Source of the DNA: Folioceros fuciformis
Lineage: Eukaryota
Length of the DNA stretch: 43,638 nucleotides
Assembly (NCBI GenBank): GCA_049999805.1
Contig: JBNGIO010006382.1
Span: forward strand, 388,182-431,819
Reading direction: 5' to 3'
The position numbers and the translations under genes were made by a program. The notes beneath the pieces were generated by a model that saw only the letters and a list, made by a program, of their open reading frames with translations, did not search any database and was not told the DNA's origin. The stretch's first letter is position 1, and each line of letters starts with the position of its first letter. Below are positions 24,261-35,486 of the stretch, piece after piece.

Positions 24261-26030
24261 TCACAAGGGGCAGCTTTTCAGAATTGTCGCTTCTATGGTG
24301 ATGCCAGGGCCGAAGGCCATGATGGCGCCCCAGTCGCTGCCCAGGCCTGTCGTCGATTTCCCTTGCTCCTTCGACAACTTGAGCATCCGATCCATAACGA
24401 AGAATATTGACGATGACGCCAGGTTGCCGTAATTCGCCAACATCCAGCGAGTGCACTCCAACTTGCTGGCGGACAGCTGCAGACCCCGCTCCACCCCGTC
24501 GATGATCGCGGGACCCCCCGGATGCATGATCCAGAACATGTCGTTCCAGGTCAGATCGCTGCCCTGCGGATCCGGACGCGGCTGTGTGTGCATCTGCCTC
24601 GCGTACTGCGGCCCCCAGTTGGCGCCACTCGCCATCGCAAGTTGGAGAATAGCGAACTCCTCCGCCAACTTGTGGTAGCTCCGGGAGCTGACGTCCGCAA
24701 AATGTCGATGTCTGGCTGCGTTCATCACGTGGTTCATCCCCGCCGCAGTGACGACCCCGGTCATAAAGTCCTTCACGTTCCGCTCCACCAGATTCGGTAG
24801 ATCCTTGTCCAAGCGGTACACGAAGCCGGCCTCTGTGGTGTTGCCGGTCACGGCGTAAGCGCTGCCCGGGATCAACCGCTGCCCCGCCCAGTGCAGATCG
24901 TAGAGCGGCCGCTCCATCCCGGGCCTGGGATCCGTCCCTAGAACCAGGGCAGCAGCGCCGTCTCCGAACAATGCAGACTGCACCAGCGCGTCCTTCTTCG
25001 CTTGACTGGGAGGTTGGAAATGCGCCAGGGTCACCTCACTCGTCACCACCAGAACCCGCGACCCGGGATTGTTCTCCGCGAAATTCTTGCCGACGCGCAG
25101 CGCGGTTCCGCCTGCAGAGCAAGCCTGATCGACGCCAAGCACCAGCGTTAACAACGGGGAAGTTCGCACACTCACGATCAAGCTCGGAAGGGAAAAAATT
25201 TCACAATGAGCTTGCGTCTGCCTGTGTTGCAACCTCGGTCGATCTCAACCATGGTGCACGACGCTCCACTAACTCGCTTACCAGCTGGTACAGCATCACA
25301 CGCTGCGTATCCGGGGCCAGGTCCAGGATTTGGACCAGAGATGCATCCGCGCCGGGGCAGGACACGCCTCCCGTGGCTGCCATCACGACGTGCGTGATCT
25401 CCGACTTGGGCCGCCCCCAGTCCTCGATCGCCTTCATGGCAGCCTTGGCCGCCAGCAACGGGACCTCTCGCTTCATGATCTCCTCTCTGCCGTTGAGCGA
25501 CGGCCCGCCGACCGGCAGCCGCCGCAGCACCTCCTTGGACACGGTCAGGTACCGGCGTGTCACACCCGCGCCCTGGCCTGCACACACACACACACACACA
25601 CACAATCGTCATCATTCCAGTTTTACTCCCCGTGGGCCACCCCGACAGATCATCACGTATCACTCCTCCCAGTCGTGAACCACCGGGTGTCCCCGACTCG
25701 TGACATGACCACGACCAGTCGCCATCACTTCACCACGACGCACTCCGGCAAGGCAAGCAGGTCACACTTACAGATCTGAGTGAACTTTTTCTTGAGGTCC
25801 TCCGTCTCCTTCATCGGCTCCTTCTCGCCCACGCTGTTGCTGCCGCCGCCGAGGAGGAAATCGGGGTAGTCTGCTTGCTCGACGCACTGCGGGGGCACGG
25901 CGGTGCCAAGAGCCAGAATCGCAGCCGAACGCGTCGGCTCCGCACCGGAGTGCATGTGCGCGAGACGCCTCCAGCCGCGGAGGGCGTGGGAGCTCTTCCG
26001 AGCATAATCGGCGATGCGCAGACTCGTCAT
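24261..26030 (-). CDS. Type III polyketide synthase (chalcone synthase superfamily), divergent copy PKS-A, 3 exons, 472 aa
   Basis: Exons 26030-25772, 25577-25282 and 25124-24261. Cys-His-Asn triad present (YQL/ACSAGG, WIMHPGGPAI, YGNLASS), with ALFGDGAAA and AFGPGITIE. Confidence 0.94.
25581..25603. repeat. (CA)n microsatellite in PKS-A intron 1, abutting the splice acceptor
   Basis: An uninterrupted cacaca run lies directly next to ctg (the minus-strand CAG acceptor at 25578-25580). Confidence 0.9.
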
Positions 26031-27713
26031 GGCGTGGAGCTGGTGTGAGGAGCGCGCGCGGAATTGCTATCTAGCTGTGTGGAGCAAGCACACAGGAATA
26101 CTAGCGCTGGCGACGGTGACGGTGACGGTGACGGTGATGCAGAGCGCAAGGCAGGACCGATCTGGTCACTGGAGTGAACCCCGGGGATGCATGCAAGTGC
26201 AGGGCGAGACAGACAACGGCCGAAGCACCTGCCGCATTTATATTACGGCACCCGGGCTGGAGGCTTTGCCGACGTCTGCACAGCGCATTGAATGTGGCGA
26301 CTCCACTTTTGCAACAGGGGGGGGAGGGGCTGGCCCGCGACCATGTGTCTGTCCTCGCGAGGAGGAATCCCGGGTCACAAGACACGAATCGTCGGGGCTG
26401 GAGGACGCCATGCCGGAATTCGTAGAGCGTACGACGACAGGGGAGTGGCGAGTCAGAGCGTCTGCCGCAACCCCTCTCACCTTCCACATCAGTCCCCGGT
26501 CAGCCACGCAGCGGCACCTTGGCCTGACGTCAAGCTCACCAGGCGATAGTTTGGCCCTTGTCCATCGATCCTATGCCCGTCCGTTCGCCAGCCACCACCG
26601 ATAGATATCTTCTTTTCTCCTATTGGTTCGCGGCTTCCAGCGTCTGCCATTGGTCTTAGAATTACAGCTCGTGTCCTGATGCGTGTCTGGAGCGCCGGGG
26701 GCCCGGCGCCCACACCCTGGTTCCTCTTGCTCTCCGGAGCGCCTGCTCATTCCCCATCCACCACGGTACCATCGCCGTGCCTCCCCCACTCAAAACCCGT
26801 ACCGCGTGCGATACCCCCATGGCCCTAGTTTCGCGCCACTCACTTCACGGACCAATGCCTGTGCTCCAAGGTTGTCTCTAGGGAGGATGTGTTTGAGTTC
26901 GGAGAACTTGCAACTCTTCAAAATTCCAAAGTCAATCATTCTCCCAACACTAGCATGCAATAGGATGTTTCTTCGCATTATTTATCGTTCCACTCCTCAT
27001 TCATCCATTTTTATGATGAGGTAAGGGTACGGCAGCAGCTGTTTCATGCACAAGAATGTAGAGGTCATGTCTAAGAATATGGAGGTCATACAGAATAATC
27101 TAATAAGATAGATCCTATTCAGATACATATCGAATCAATCTATATGATACATGACTGACAACATGTCCATATGTCTCGTATCTCATAACCGGAATGTGTT
27201 TTCTTTGTGTTGAAAAATAATGGAAAATCCCATCTACTTCAAAGATTGGAAACACAACCCGAGCAAGGCTAAAAACCATCATAATATATATAATATATAA
27301 ACGTAAAAAAAAGATCAAAAAATTCAATTTAGATTGTGGATAACAAATGACAATCATATGTGTATTCCTAGAGAAAATATCTTGAATATCTATCAAAGAT
27401 CATGAACTACCTTTCATGATCTTTGGTAAGCCATGTGATGTATCGATCCATGGCATATTAAGAGCTATAGATATATGTATGGGTTGATATTTATGGAACT
27501 AGCCCCCTCTTTCAACCAGGCTATGATCTCTCTCCCCCTCCTATGCCTTAAGCTTAAGGTAGCTGGGATCTCCCATGTCTTTTTAAATGAAATATACAAA
27601 AATTCTTGGTTTCGTCCGTACCAGAAGGATAATTCAAGGGAGCTATGTAATATATATATATATATTAAAAATAATAGTGATAATTTTATTAAATTTCAAC
27701 ACTTACTAGTAAG

Positions 27714-28159
27714 TAAGTATTGGTATTTTCTATTATTGAAAAAGATATGAAAGTCCCATCAACTTGAAAGATTGGAGGAACAACCGAATAGGCCAAAGGC
27801 ATACTAGCCCTTTTGAACATTGTTTTCAAAAACTATTTACTACTCCCAAAATGTCATAATGTAGAATGTAGAATAACAAAAGGCGTAGCTACTCTACCTA
27901 GAGGAGTGCCAAAAAAGCTGCTTGACTTGCGCTTGTACTTAAATATTGCGCTTGTATTTAAGTATTGGTATTTTCTATTATTGAAAAAGAGATGAAAGTC
28001 CCATCAACTTGAAAGATTGGAGGAACAACAGAATAGGCCAAAGGCATACTAGCCCCTTCTAACATCATTCTCAAAAACTATTTACTACTCCCAAAATGTC
28101 ACGATGTGGAATAACAAAAGGCCTACCTAAACCCGTGCCGAAGAAGCTGCTTGACTTGC
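27714..28159. repeat. Imperfect tandem duplication, about 245-bp period, 2 copies
   Basis: taagtattggtattttctattattgaaaaaga...gaaagtcccatcaacttgaaagattggaggaacaa starts at 27714 and again at 27959. Both copies end near aagctgcttgacttgc. Confidence 0.9.
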
Positions 28160-28187
28160 TTATGTTGCTATTCTCAAAAACCGCGTT

Positions 28188-28309
28188 AGCCAATACTCTT
28201 TGCAAAGTAATGGATATGAAGGTCATCATAGAGGAAAGAGGGAAAATAAGCCAATACTCTTTGCAAAGTAATGGATATGAAGGCCATCATAGAGGAAAGA
28301 GGGAAAATA
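28188..28309. repeat. 61-bp tandem repeat, 2 copies
   Basis: agccaatactctttgcaaagtaatggatatgaagg(t/c)catcatagaggaaagagggaaaata at 28188 and 28249. Confidence 0.92.
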
Positions 28310-28455
28310 CCATTCCTATGACTCTGATAAGCCTTGGCACGGGAGAACACCATTCCTATAACTCTAATAAGCCTTGGCACGAGAGAACACCATTCCTATG
28401 ACTCTGATAAGCCTTGGCACGGGAGAATTCCTATAACTCTGATAAGCCATGGCAC
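28310..28455. repeat. 40-bp minisatellite, about 3.7 copies
   Basis: Unit ccattcctat(g/a)actct(g/a)ataagccttggcacg(g/a)gagaaca at 28310, 28350 and 28390, plus a partial copy at about 28428. Confidence 0.92.
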
Positions 28456-28619
28456 ACTCCTTGATGAACCTTGAAAAGTCTTCGTCCATGGCCCCATGAG
28501 TCTCAAGAACAAGGGGATGAAAATATATCTATCTCATCTTGTAGGGCAAAATACTTATGGACTTTGGCACTTGCACAACCCTCCGTTCCCTAACCAAGGG
28601 TTGATAATGACGTGCTTGC

Positions 28620-29430
28620 AAATCGAATTTCTAGTGAAATTTGTGACAACCACATCAGTGACACAAACCTATTTCCCTATATTGAAAAAAAGGTCGGTTC
28701 TAAGTGCAACTCTGTTGCACAAAGTATATGGACGCTCCCTATACGAAAGAAACCCACACTCCCTAGTTATTGAGAACATTACATCTTGAACTGCATCCTA
28801 GGTGGCACTGTAGTGCCCCCTAATGAGATAGGGTGCTAGACAGGACCTTGTATCGACAATGGCAACCCCACAACTACATGTAAAGAGAGAAAAGGCCAAG
28901 AAGTGGGCCAAACCTAAGCGAAATCTCATCACGGCGGCGAAAGTTGCAAGTGCAATTCGAAACACCTGGATGCAAAGTCGAGCTAAAAGCCAAAAGCAAA
29001 GAGTCCACTTCTTTACCTGAATAAGAGTGAATACGAGCCCAAGAAGACCTAGAGATAAATGAGTCTGAAAAAAGGGCTCTTAGTGGGTTTTCCAAGAGAG
29101 AGGCTCCTCAACCCTTCCCTAGAAAAGAAGGTGAAAGAAGGTAGAGTCTCCTGAGCCTCCAAAGGTAAAGAGTCCCTAGCTCGCCTAAGAGATACCTTAA
29201 AGGAAAAATGCCCTCCTCAACGCTTGAGATAAAATCTTCAAGAAGAGGAGAATCTTGCAACAAAAAGGGCAAGTTAGTACTGAGAAAGACAGCTAGGGCA
29301 GAGACCTCCATAATCAAAAGACCAAAGGTAACCGACAAGGAAGCCTACTTCCAAGCCAAATCACTGACAACACCCTTGAAGCTGCGTGGACCTATAATGT
29401 CCACAAGAGTGTGCATAACTTGATTGCAGA
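28620..29430 (-). mobile_element. Degenerate non-LTR retrotransposon fragment (CRE/R2-like; C-terminal zinc knuckle plus restriction-like endonuclease region)
   Basis: Minus-strand translation across stops and frameshifts gives DLAWK*ASLSVTFG...WARIHSYSGKEVDSLLLA...SLRFG...TCSCG...HYSAT*DAVQDV...RE...RTDL...TDVVVTNFTR. This is the motif order of RLE-bearing non-LTR elements. Recognised by eye only. Confidence 0.6.
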
Positions 29431-29584
29431 CTTAATAAGAAAACTAGAAGGCGCAACAGTTCTAATAAGATAACCTGGTCATAGGTCACCTACCAAATAA
29501 AGAATACCAAACATAATCTGACATTCATTAATATGTGAGAGGCTCATGATATGAGTCAACATTTGAAAAATAGTAAGGTCCCAC

Positions 29585-29760
29585 AAAATACCAAGACTCG
29601 AAGTCACTGTAACGATATCCCCAAAACACCGATATCCCCAAAACACCAAGACTAGAAGTCACTGTAATGATATCCCCAAAACACCAAGACTCGAAGTCAC
29701 TGCGGGGTAACGATATCCCCAAACACCAAGACTCGAAGTCCCTGTGGACTAATGATATCA
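29585..29760. repeat. About 38-42-bp minisatellite, about 4.5 copies
   Basis: Recurrent accaagactcgaagtcactgtaa(c/t)gatatccccaaaac with small indels. Confidence 0.9.
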
Positions 29761-31029
29761 AACCCTTAATAGAACTAAACCCTACATTTAGACAGCTTCT
29801 TAACCTGACGCCTATCCTAGAGCACCCAAGAAGACAGCTTAACCCTCACGATTATCCTGGAGCACCGAAGGCACCAGAAGAAGGGAAAGGAACAAAGTGC
29901 CACAGTTCTACGGCTCGAGACCAATATATCCACATTGGCCTAGGTAAATCGTTGTTGTGGTTGTAAAGGACAATTCCACTTGAGCAGAAGAGGCATCCAC
30001 CGACCGGCCGGTGCGGCACCAACTACAACTTTAAGCAACATGTTACAGGCCTAAAATCCATAAAAATGTGATGTACACTAAGAAAGAAGAGGCGTCGCAG
30101 GCCGCATTTGATTGAATCTTGGATGAATAGAGTTTCCTGTCGAAGAGTTCTTAATTAATTCATCACCAGGGACCCTGGTGTATGAGATCCAATGAAAAGG
30201 CAACTTGCAGTGGACTGTGAAGCAACTGGAAGGATCCTCTCCTGGTGCACGGATTTGTGATCACAATGGTTATTGCTTGTTCACGCCATTCTGAATTTGC
30301 TCAATTCCCCTTGTGGAGTCCTGCTGCTGATGAACGTGATTCACAAAAAGGATGTAGTACTTCGGCCTCTGCATCACCACAACCGTTGTCCACACAGAGA
30401 TTACAGAACACCTCACCTACACGGCACTCTTTTCCTCACCTGGATGATTGGAAATGCACTTTACGGGAACTGTGACTTCTAACATCAGACGGCATGAACC
30501 CTGTAGGCTACTGCAACTTTGAAGCGATTATGCCAGGCCTTTCCAACTCTCAGGCCCTAGCGCCTGCAGCTGGTGGCGTTGTGCAGAGCAGCAGTCGGAG
30601 GCCATAAATCCTAACCAGTCACAGGACTTGTTCGCTATACGTCATGCCTGTGATTTTGCAGTTTGTATGGCTGGCTATCCTGGGGGGTGGCTTACACCTT
30701 GAAGTGCTTCCTTCTCGATGATCGGCATCCAGGAACACTCTCCTTGCCTCAAGTGTGAGCTCACAGTTCCGTTGAAAACAAACACAGTTTTGATGAAAAA
30801 AGGCTCTTCATGTTTGAGCCTCTTGCAAGCTATGTAAATTATGCAGTGCAACACGTGTCACGATGCCAAGGCTTCAAATGCAAATCCGACAGTCACGTAG
30901 AGCCGTTCTTGACAGAGCACATTCAGGGTCCATGGAAGGCGGTCGTTAAAAATATCTCGTCCTGGAATCCACTCTCTTTGAACCTAGTGTCGTCAAGCTC
31001 CTGCTTCCAGTTCGAGTCCAGAGCGCCTC

Positions 31030-31330
31030 AACTTTCAGCAGTGCAGCAAGCGCAGACAGCGCTGCCAGCGGCTTCCTCCTTCCAGCAGGCTGCGTGGAGT
31101 TAGTGTACCCAGCGCAGCAACGGCGGAACAGTTCCACGAGACTAAGGATGCGCCTGCCCGAAAGGCGGACGAAACAGCCCGGTTCAAGCAAGAGAAGGGT
31201 GACGAGGCCCAGTAACGTGCCCAGGGCGTCAGCAAGACGGCCACGGACAAGGTCAAAAAAGCCGAGGAGGCCGGGAAGGGCGCCTTGGACCGGAGCAAGC
31301 AGGGAACTGCCGATGCCACCAATATCATGA
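31030..31330 (+). pseudogene. LEA group 3-like gene fragment with a premature stop
   Basis: Frame from 31081 reads ATAEQFHETKDAPARKADETARFKQEKGDEAQ*RAQGVSKTATDKVKKAEEAGKGALDRSKQGTADAT. The A/K/E/T/D-rich periodic composition is typical of LEA3. TAA at 31213-31215. Confidence 0.45.
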
Positions 31331-31541
31331 GGACATGTATACACCCCGAACCACAAGTCATGGCCATCTGTACGCTAGGCACAGTTCGTAGTGCAGAGAC
31401 GCTACCCTGGGCCCCGAGACAAGTAGGCATGAAAAAGGTTGTGATCCTTGGATATTGTCCTTCGCTGAAGAAGCTCATGCTTCTTGATGGTGTTCGCTGA
31501 GACTCCTGGCATTTACAGGATTGATTGCGTCAAATTCATAG

Positions 31542-31648
31542 GTAGCCTCCGTTGCGTCACAGCTTGCCGTAGCCTTCGTTGCATCACAAGTTGCCTTCGT
31601 TGCATCACAAGTTGCCTTCGTAGCATCACAAGTTACCTTCGCTGCATC
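31542..31648. repeat. 21-bp tandem repeat, about 5 copies
   Basis: Unit gccttcgttgcatcacaagtt repeated with few substitutions. Confidence 0.88.
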
Positions 31649-33145
31649 CTTTAGAAGTGGGTACTTCCTTCAAGGAGACCCCGATCCCCGGCGCCCTAAA
31701 CACAGCTTAACGACATTCATGAAGAGACTAACCTCTGCAACACATAAGCAGCTGAGAGCAAGAGACTAAACTCTTCAGCACATAAGAAGTTGAGAATAAG
31801 AGCCTAACTTGAACATTTGAGGTGGAGATAGCGCCTCTAGACCCCAGTTCTGTATACCAAAAAAGACATCGTCCACAATGGACGTGGTCAGTCCGTCCCC
31901 ACGCTCATCAATCTTGATGGCGCTCCTAACATTTCTACTCTTAAACCGCGTGAGGTGCACCCTGGCTTCCCCACCGGCCGGTAGGGCTCCAACCGGCGCA
32001 CGCAAGGATCTAGCATGCCCATTTGCCACTATTGTCCTGTAGCATGCTAGATCTTACGATCTTCCCATCCCAGTGCATGTCTGGGTGCTAGCTTTGGATC
32101 TGTAACAATGGACTGCGACGGCGCAACACAAACTGAGCACTCTTTACAATCAATATTGTATTTCATACGCGGCGGAAAGTCTCGATGTGCACATGGCATG
32201 CTGCGGGTGGGCTATGGGTCGGACGAATGGCAGTCGGGGACGGAACATCAGGCGCAGGCGTCAGCATCAGGAGCCTGCCCGCCGTGCCGTACCCGGAACT
32301 TGGAATGTGTAGTCATAGCTCAGCAGCCGCCGCATGGCAGCATCTCACGCATGTTCACTAGTCCATTCACCACTCTTCCTGTGCTGATGGTAGCATCCAT
32401 CACGATTGCGACCTTCCACAGCATCTTAGACTTGATGACACACACATTTGCTCCAGACATTCGGGACTAGCTGTATCTCACGTACAGCAAGAAGGTGGGA
32501 AAAAAAAAAAAAAAAAAGACTTGCTCCTGGCAGAAATTCCTACACATTGTAGGTGACAGTGCAAATCAAATGGCCAGGATAATTCTGACGCTAGCGCAAA
32601 GCACAAACTGGTCCGAATTGCAAGGACTGGTTGCAGAACTGAAGGGGGTGTGAGGTACGACGCACATGCTGTTGCAGGCACCCGTACGGAAGCTTAAGGA
32701 TTGGCCGCGTGAAGGGATCCAGCAGGTAGTGCTGTGAGCGGAAGTCAGGTTAGGCTAGCTAGCGCTCTGGCCTGAAGATGTTACGAGCAAGAACAATGGC
32801 ATGGCCAAGCAGAATCCCCATACAAACATGACTTTGATTCATAAGCATAGTCTTGGTTGAATTATAAGCAATGCCGTGAAAGAAACTTGATCGAGTTGTC
32901 GGTGTACAGGACTAGCATGGGGCGATCTGCTTCCTGACCCCAGGCGACACCCCGATCGCGAACAGCTCGGATCCGACAAAGGATCCCTCTGCTCTGGACG
33001 CTTTGGAACCTTTTGCAAAAGCAAGATGGCGGCAACTGCTGTGCAAGGAACTAAGGTTTGCAGGTGGTATACAAGAGGGACAGAGATCTAGACATGGATA
33101 TATGTACGATACTTGGTTGATAACTGGTGATGACAAGAGGTGGAG

Positions 33146-34675
33146 TTAGGTGGTGATGGCGCAGCTCTTGAGCAGCGAGGCCTCCAGAGTGAGGCCAGGC
33201 CCGAAGGCGATGAGGAAGCCCCATTTCAATCCCTCGCCGGTGGTGTTGGCTCCCAGCTTCTTGCTCCTGTGCCGGATGTGGTCCAGGGCAAACAAGACGG
33301 AGCAGCTGGACATGTTGCCGTAATCAGCCAGGACCTGCCTGGTGGTGGCCAGTTTCTCCTTGGACAGCTGCAGCTTCTTCTCGAACCGGTCCAAAATGGC
33401 GGGGCCTCCGGGATGCACCACCCAGAACATGTCGTCCCAGGAGATGGCGTCAGGGGTACCGAGCCCGGCGGCGGCGGACGCCAAGACATTGGCGTTGTTC
33501 TGGTGGTTAAGCCCGGCCTTGGTGACCGCCCCGCTCAGCGCCTTCTCGATGTTCTTGGCGATGAGCGTGGGGACGTCGCGCATGAGATGGAAGACGAGGC
33601 CGGCCTCCGTCAAGCGGCCCTCGATGGCGCCCTCGCTGTCGGGGAGCAGCATCTCCCCGCTCCAGTGCAGCTCGAAGATGGGGCGCTCGACTCCCAGCAC
33701 CGGGTCGGCCCCGACGATGAGGGCGGCCGCCCCATCTCCGAACAGTGCCGATCCCACCAGCCCGTCCAAGTGCTCCTCGCTGGGCGCGCGAAACGTGACG
33801 ACGGTGAGCTCGCTGGTGACGGCCAGAACGCGCGCGCCGGCGTTGTTCTCCGCCAGGTCCTTGGCCACCCTGGTGACGGTGGCTCCCGCGAAGCAGCCCT
33901 GCCAGCAAGTAGCACACATCGGTGTTACAGTGCCATCATCGTCTCACCGCCTCCTTCCTCCCTTCCCTCACACTTGTCGTTCTCATCATGGCGCTAGCTA
34001 GCGGGTGTCAGGCAACAAATACCTGCTGGTACATCATTATCCGGCGCGTGCTGGGGTTGAGGCCCAGGAGCTTCACCAGAGACACCTCCGCGCCGGGCAT
34101 GCACACTCCGCTTGTGGTTCCAAACACGACGTGCGTGATGTCCGACTTGGGCCGCCCCCACTCCTTGATCGCCTTCGCCGACGCTTGCGCGGCGAGCTTG
34201 GGGATCTCCCGGATGGCGATCTCCTGTCGCGAATTCAGCGACGGCTCCATGTACGTTGCCATGCCGGGGTTGGCCTGCAGGACCTCCTTGTCCAGGTACA
34301 TGTAGCGTCTCTGGATGGCAGTCTTCTGGCCTGCGCAGCGCAATGCAATGCAACCACACACGTTTCGATTCTGATCCATTCACTTCACTCACGCCTGCCT
34401 GCATGACTGCGTGGGAGGAGTTGGAAGCCATGATGGAACAGACTGCGGGTCGGAGCAGCGCACTCACATATGCGGCGGAACTTCTCTTTCAGCTCCACCT
34501 TGTGATCGCAGTTGGTGACGGCAAAGAAGAAATCGGGGTACTCGCTTTGCTCGTACACGTTGGGGGGCAGTGCTGTCCCGATTCCAAGGATGGTGGCAGG
34601 GCCTTCGGCCCGAGATGCCTTCCTCCTCTCTACATCGCTCACCTCCCGGAAGGGAACAGCTGCTTGCACCACCAT
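33146..34675 (-). CDS. Type III polyketide synthase, chalcone synthase-like copy PKS-B, 3 exons, 422 aa
   Basis: Exons 34675-34468, 34330-34023 and 33898-33146. Motifs [65 protein letters not shown] and AFGPGLTLE. Confidence 0.96.
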
Positions 34676-35486
34676 GATTGTTAAAATCAGACAAGCACCT
34701 GTAACCACAACGCCTTGCTACCTAGGTAGCTCCTTCTTGAAGCTGGCCAAGAGCCGGCATGCAAGCTGCGAGCGACCACGTTGAGAGTGCGCTTGTCCAC
34801 ACAATGCAGCTGTCCATTTATTCAAGAAAGTGAGAGGGCCTGGCCTGGCGCCAGATTGCACCTCTCAAGGTAGAAAAAGGGTGAGGCGAGTTGGACAGGC
34901 AGCAGAATTCCAGCAACTCGGCATACTGTTTCAATCAAGCTGTTGCAGCCAGTTGTTCAAGCAAGCCTTCACGGGACGTACCAAGGACGTACAGGAGCGA
35001 AAATGCCACGCATCCTTCACAAGTTGCCTTCACAAATTGCCTTCACTTGTACAAAGACGAAAACGACAGACAGCTTACTTGAAATCAGCTTCACACCGGA
35101 CATGTATACAACCCACGACTTTGGGCTCTGCTTGCTGCTGCCTCAAAAAAGTGAGACATGTCACCTTGCGTAGTGCGTTGGACCTCTCCCTCCTCTGCAA
35201 ACACCCATCGCTCGTGTTCGTACTTGGTGATACACTGCTTTCAAAGTACGCCTCGGTGTCTTGTGGCCAAGCTTTGGAAGGTCTTCGACTCTTCCCCTGA
35301 GACCTTCCTTCGCTGTCGACATTGACGGAAATTTCCGTCTTTCATCGTATGAACTAAGCGGGGGCTGCGACTCGCTCTGTGGCTGGCGGGCTCTGTAGGG
35401 TCTAGCGTCCTTGGCGAACCACAGCCACAACTCACTCAACTCACGCAGTATAGGTAGCTCAGTACGCAAGGGAGAACTAATGCAGG

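Noticed and set aside
26237-26626. TATA-like, TGACGTCA and CCAAT motifs upstream of PKS-A
   Set aside because: Short motifs expected by chance, with no TSS data to anchor them.
28188-29760. Repeat arrays of 40-61 bp resembling a CRISPR array
   Set aside because: Units are contiguous with no unique spacers, there are no cas genes, and the context is eukaryotic.
33140-34001. 285-aa and 219-aa plus-strand ORFs opposite PKS-B (similarly 24971-25678 opposite PKS-A)
   Set aside because: Antisense shadows of high-GC3 codon usage.
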